A stretch of 59,788 nucleotides of DNA, counting the filler, from Basidiobolus meristosporus CBS 931.73 (taxonomy: Eukaryota > Fungi > Basidiobolomycota), in NCBI GenBank assembly GCA_002104905.1. It is 4 parts of 4 records of this genome, joined end to end, with 100 filler letters (N's around TTAATTAATTAA, not from the genome) between each part and the next. Parts side by side here need not be neighbours in the genome. Positions count along the whole stretch, not along the records: positions 51,369 to 59,788 come from MCFE01001341.1; 3 more parts are not named here. One strand, given 5' to 3'. Positions within the stretch are counted from its first letter, which is position 1, and every line of letters starts with the position of its first letter. Both the position numbers and the translations under genes were made by a program. Positions 59,201 to 59,788 of this stretch are shown here, piece after piece. The notes under the pieces were generated by a model. It searched no databases. It was given only the letters and a program-made list of their open reading frames with translations, and was not told the origin of the DNA.

Positions 59201-59788
59201 TTGGATATGACTAAGTATAATCCAACTTTTTTAGAGGCTTAGTTACTTAACTCGGACAGTAACCACGATGGAATATGGGTGATAATCCACCCGAGGTATG
59301 GAAGCACGTTCTGCAAGCTTTCGAGTTGATTTTTGTGCTGAGGTAAGGCATTCCAAATCAATGTTCAAGGGTTAGGGTTAGGCTCAAGGTGGGTATTATT
59401 ATATTCATATCAAGGAGAGGAAAGGTGCGGGGTTCGAATCGTGGAGAAATGAAGCCACTGGTTGATTGTTTCCATCGATTCGAAATCGAATTGTCTGACG
59501 CGTAACATACGATAATCAGTTTTCGAATCGAAGGGTAATAGTAAATGATCAATATAAGCCAAACAGAAAGGAATGCGCTGATAAGAGCTTCAATGAATAA
59601 TTTGTGACATTTGAAAGAGATGCTGACTACACGTGCATACCGTATCTTTTGTAGGATCGCCTACAGTACACCCTACAGAATGTCAAACTCGAATAGTATC
59701 CTAGGGCTACGTAGTTGAACAAAATGTGTACCTAGCCGAATCTGGAAATAAGTAAAGATCTACGCAGTGATTTCCCGGTTAGTTCCAA

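Noticed and set aside
59410-59445. GGTTCGAATC B-box/T-loop motif
   Set aside because: No pairing T-stem, D-arm or acceptor stem.

Overview
Eukaryotic, fungal DNA: ~60-nt GT-AG introns with CTAAC-type branch points, TATA boxes close to the ATG, Ty1/copia LTR elements and fungal gene families. An early-diverging lineage such as Basidiobolus is my best guess, unverified. The window is four contigs joined by 100-bp N gaps carrying a TTAATTAATTAA linker, so adjacency across gaps is not proven. Ordinary content: two C2H2 zinc-finger TFs, a FET4-type iron permease with a palindromic SreA/Fep1-type GATA site, an MFS hexose transporter, a two-RRM/RGG protein, a head-to-head 7TM-RGS pair, scrambled uricase pieces, a five-exon velvet gene missed by the ORF track, and many nested copia LTRs. 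Three highlights: (1) a 12-kb tandem array of 15 intronless secreted, Cys-free Asp/Tyr/Gly/His/Arg/Lys block-repeat proteins with dibasic sites, co-amplified with four identical tRNA-Arg(UCG) genes; (2) next to it on the same contig, a bacterial (Bacteroidales-like) CoA-disulfide reductase-rhodanese-TusA gene, a likely horizontal transfer; (3) a secreted His1 ('HSW') protein with LPMO-like C-terminal motifs that does not match the canonical AA-family N-termini I know.
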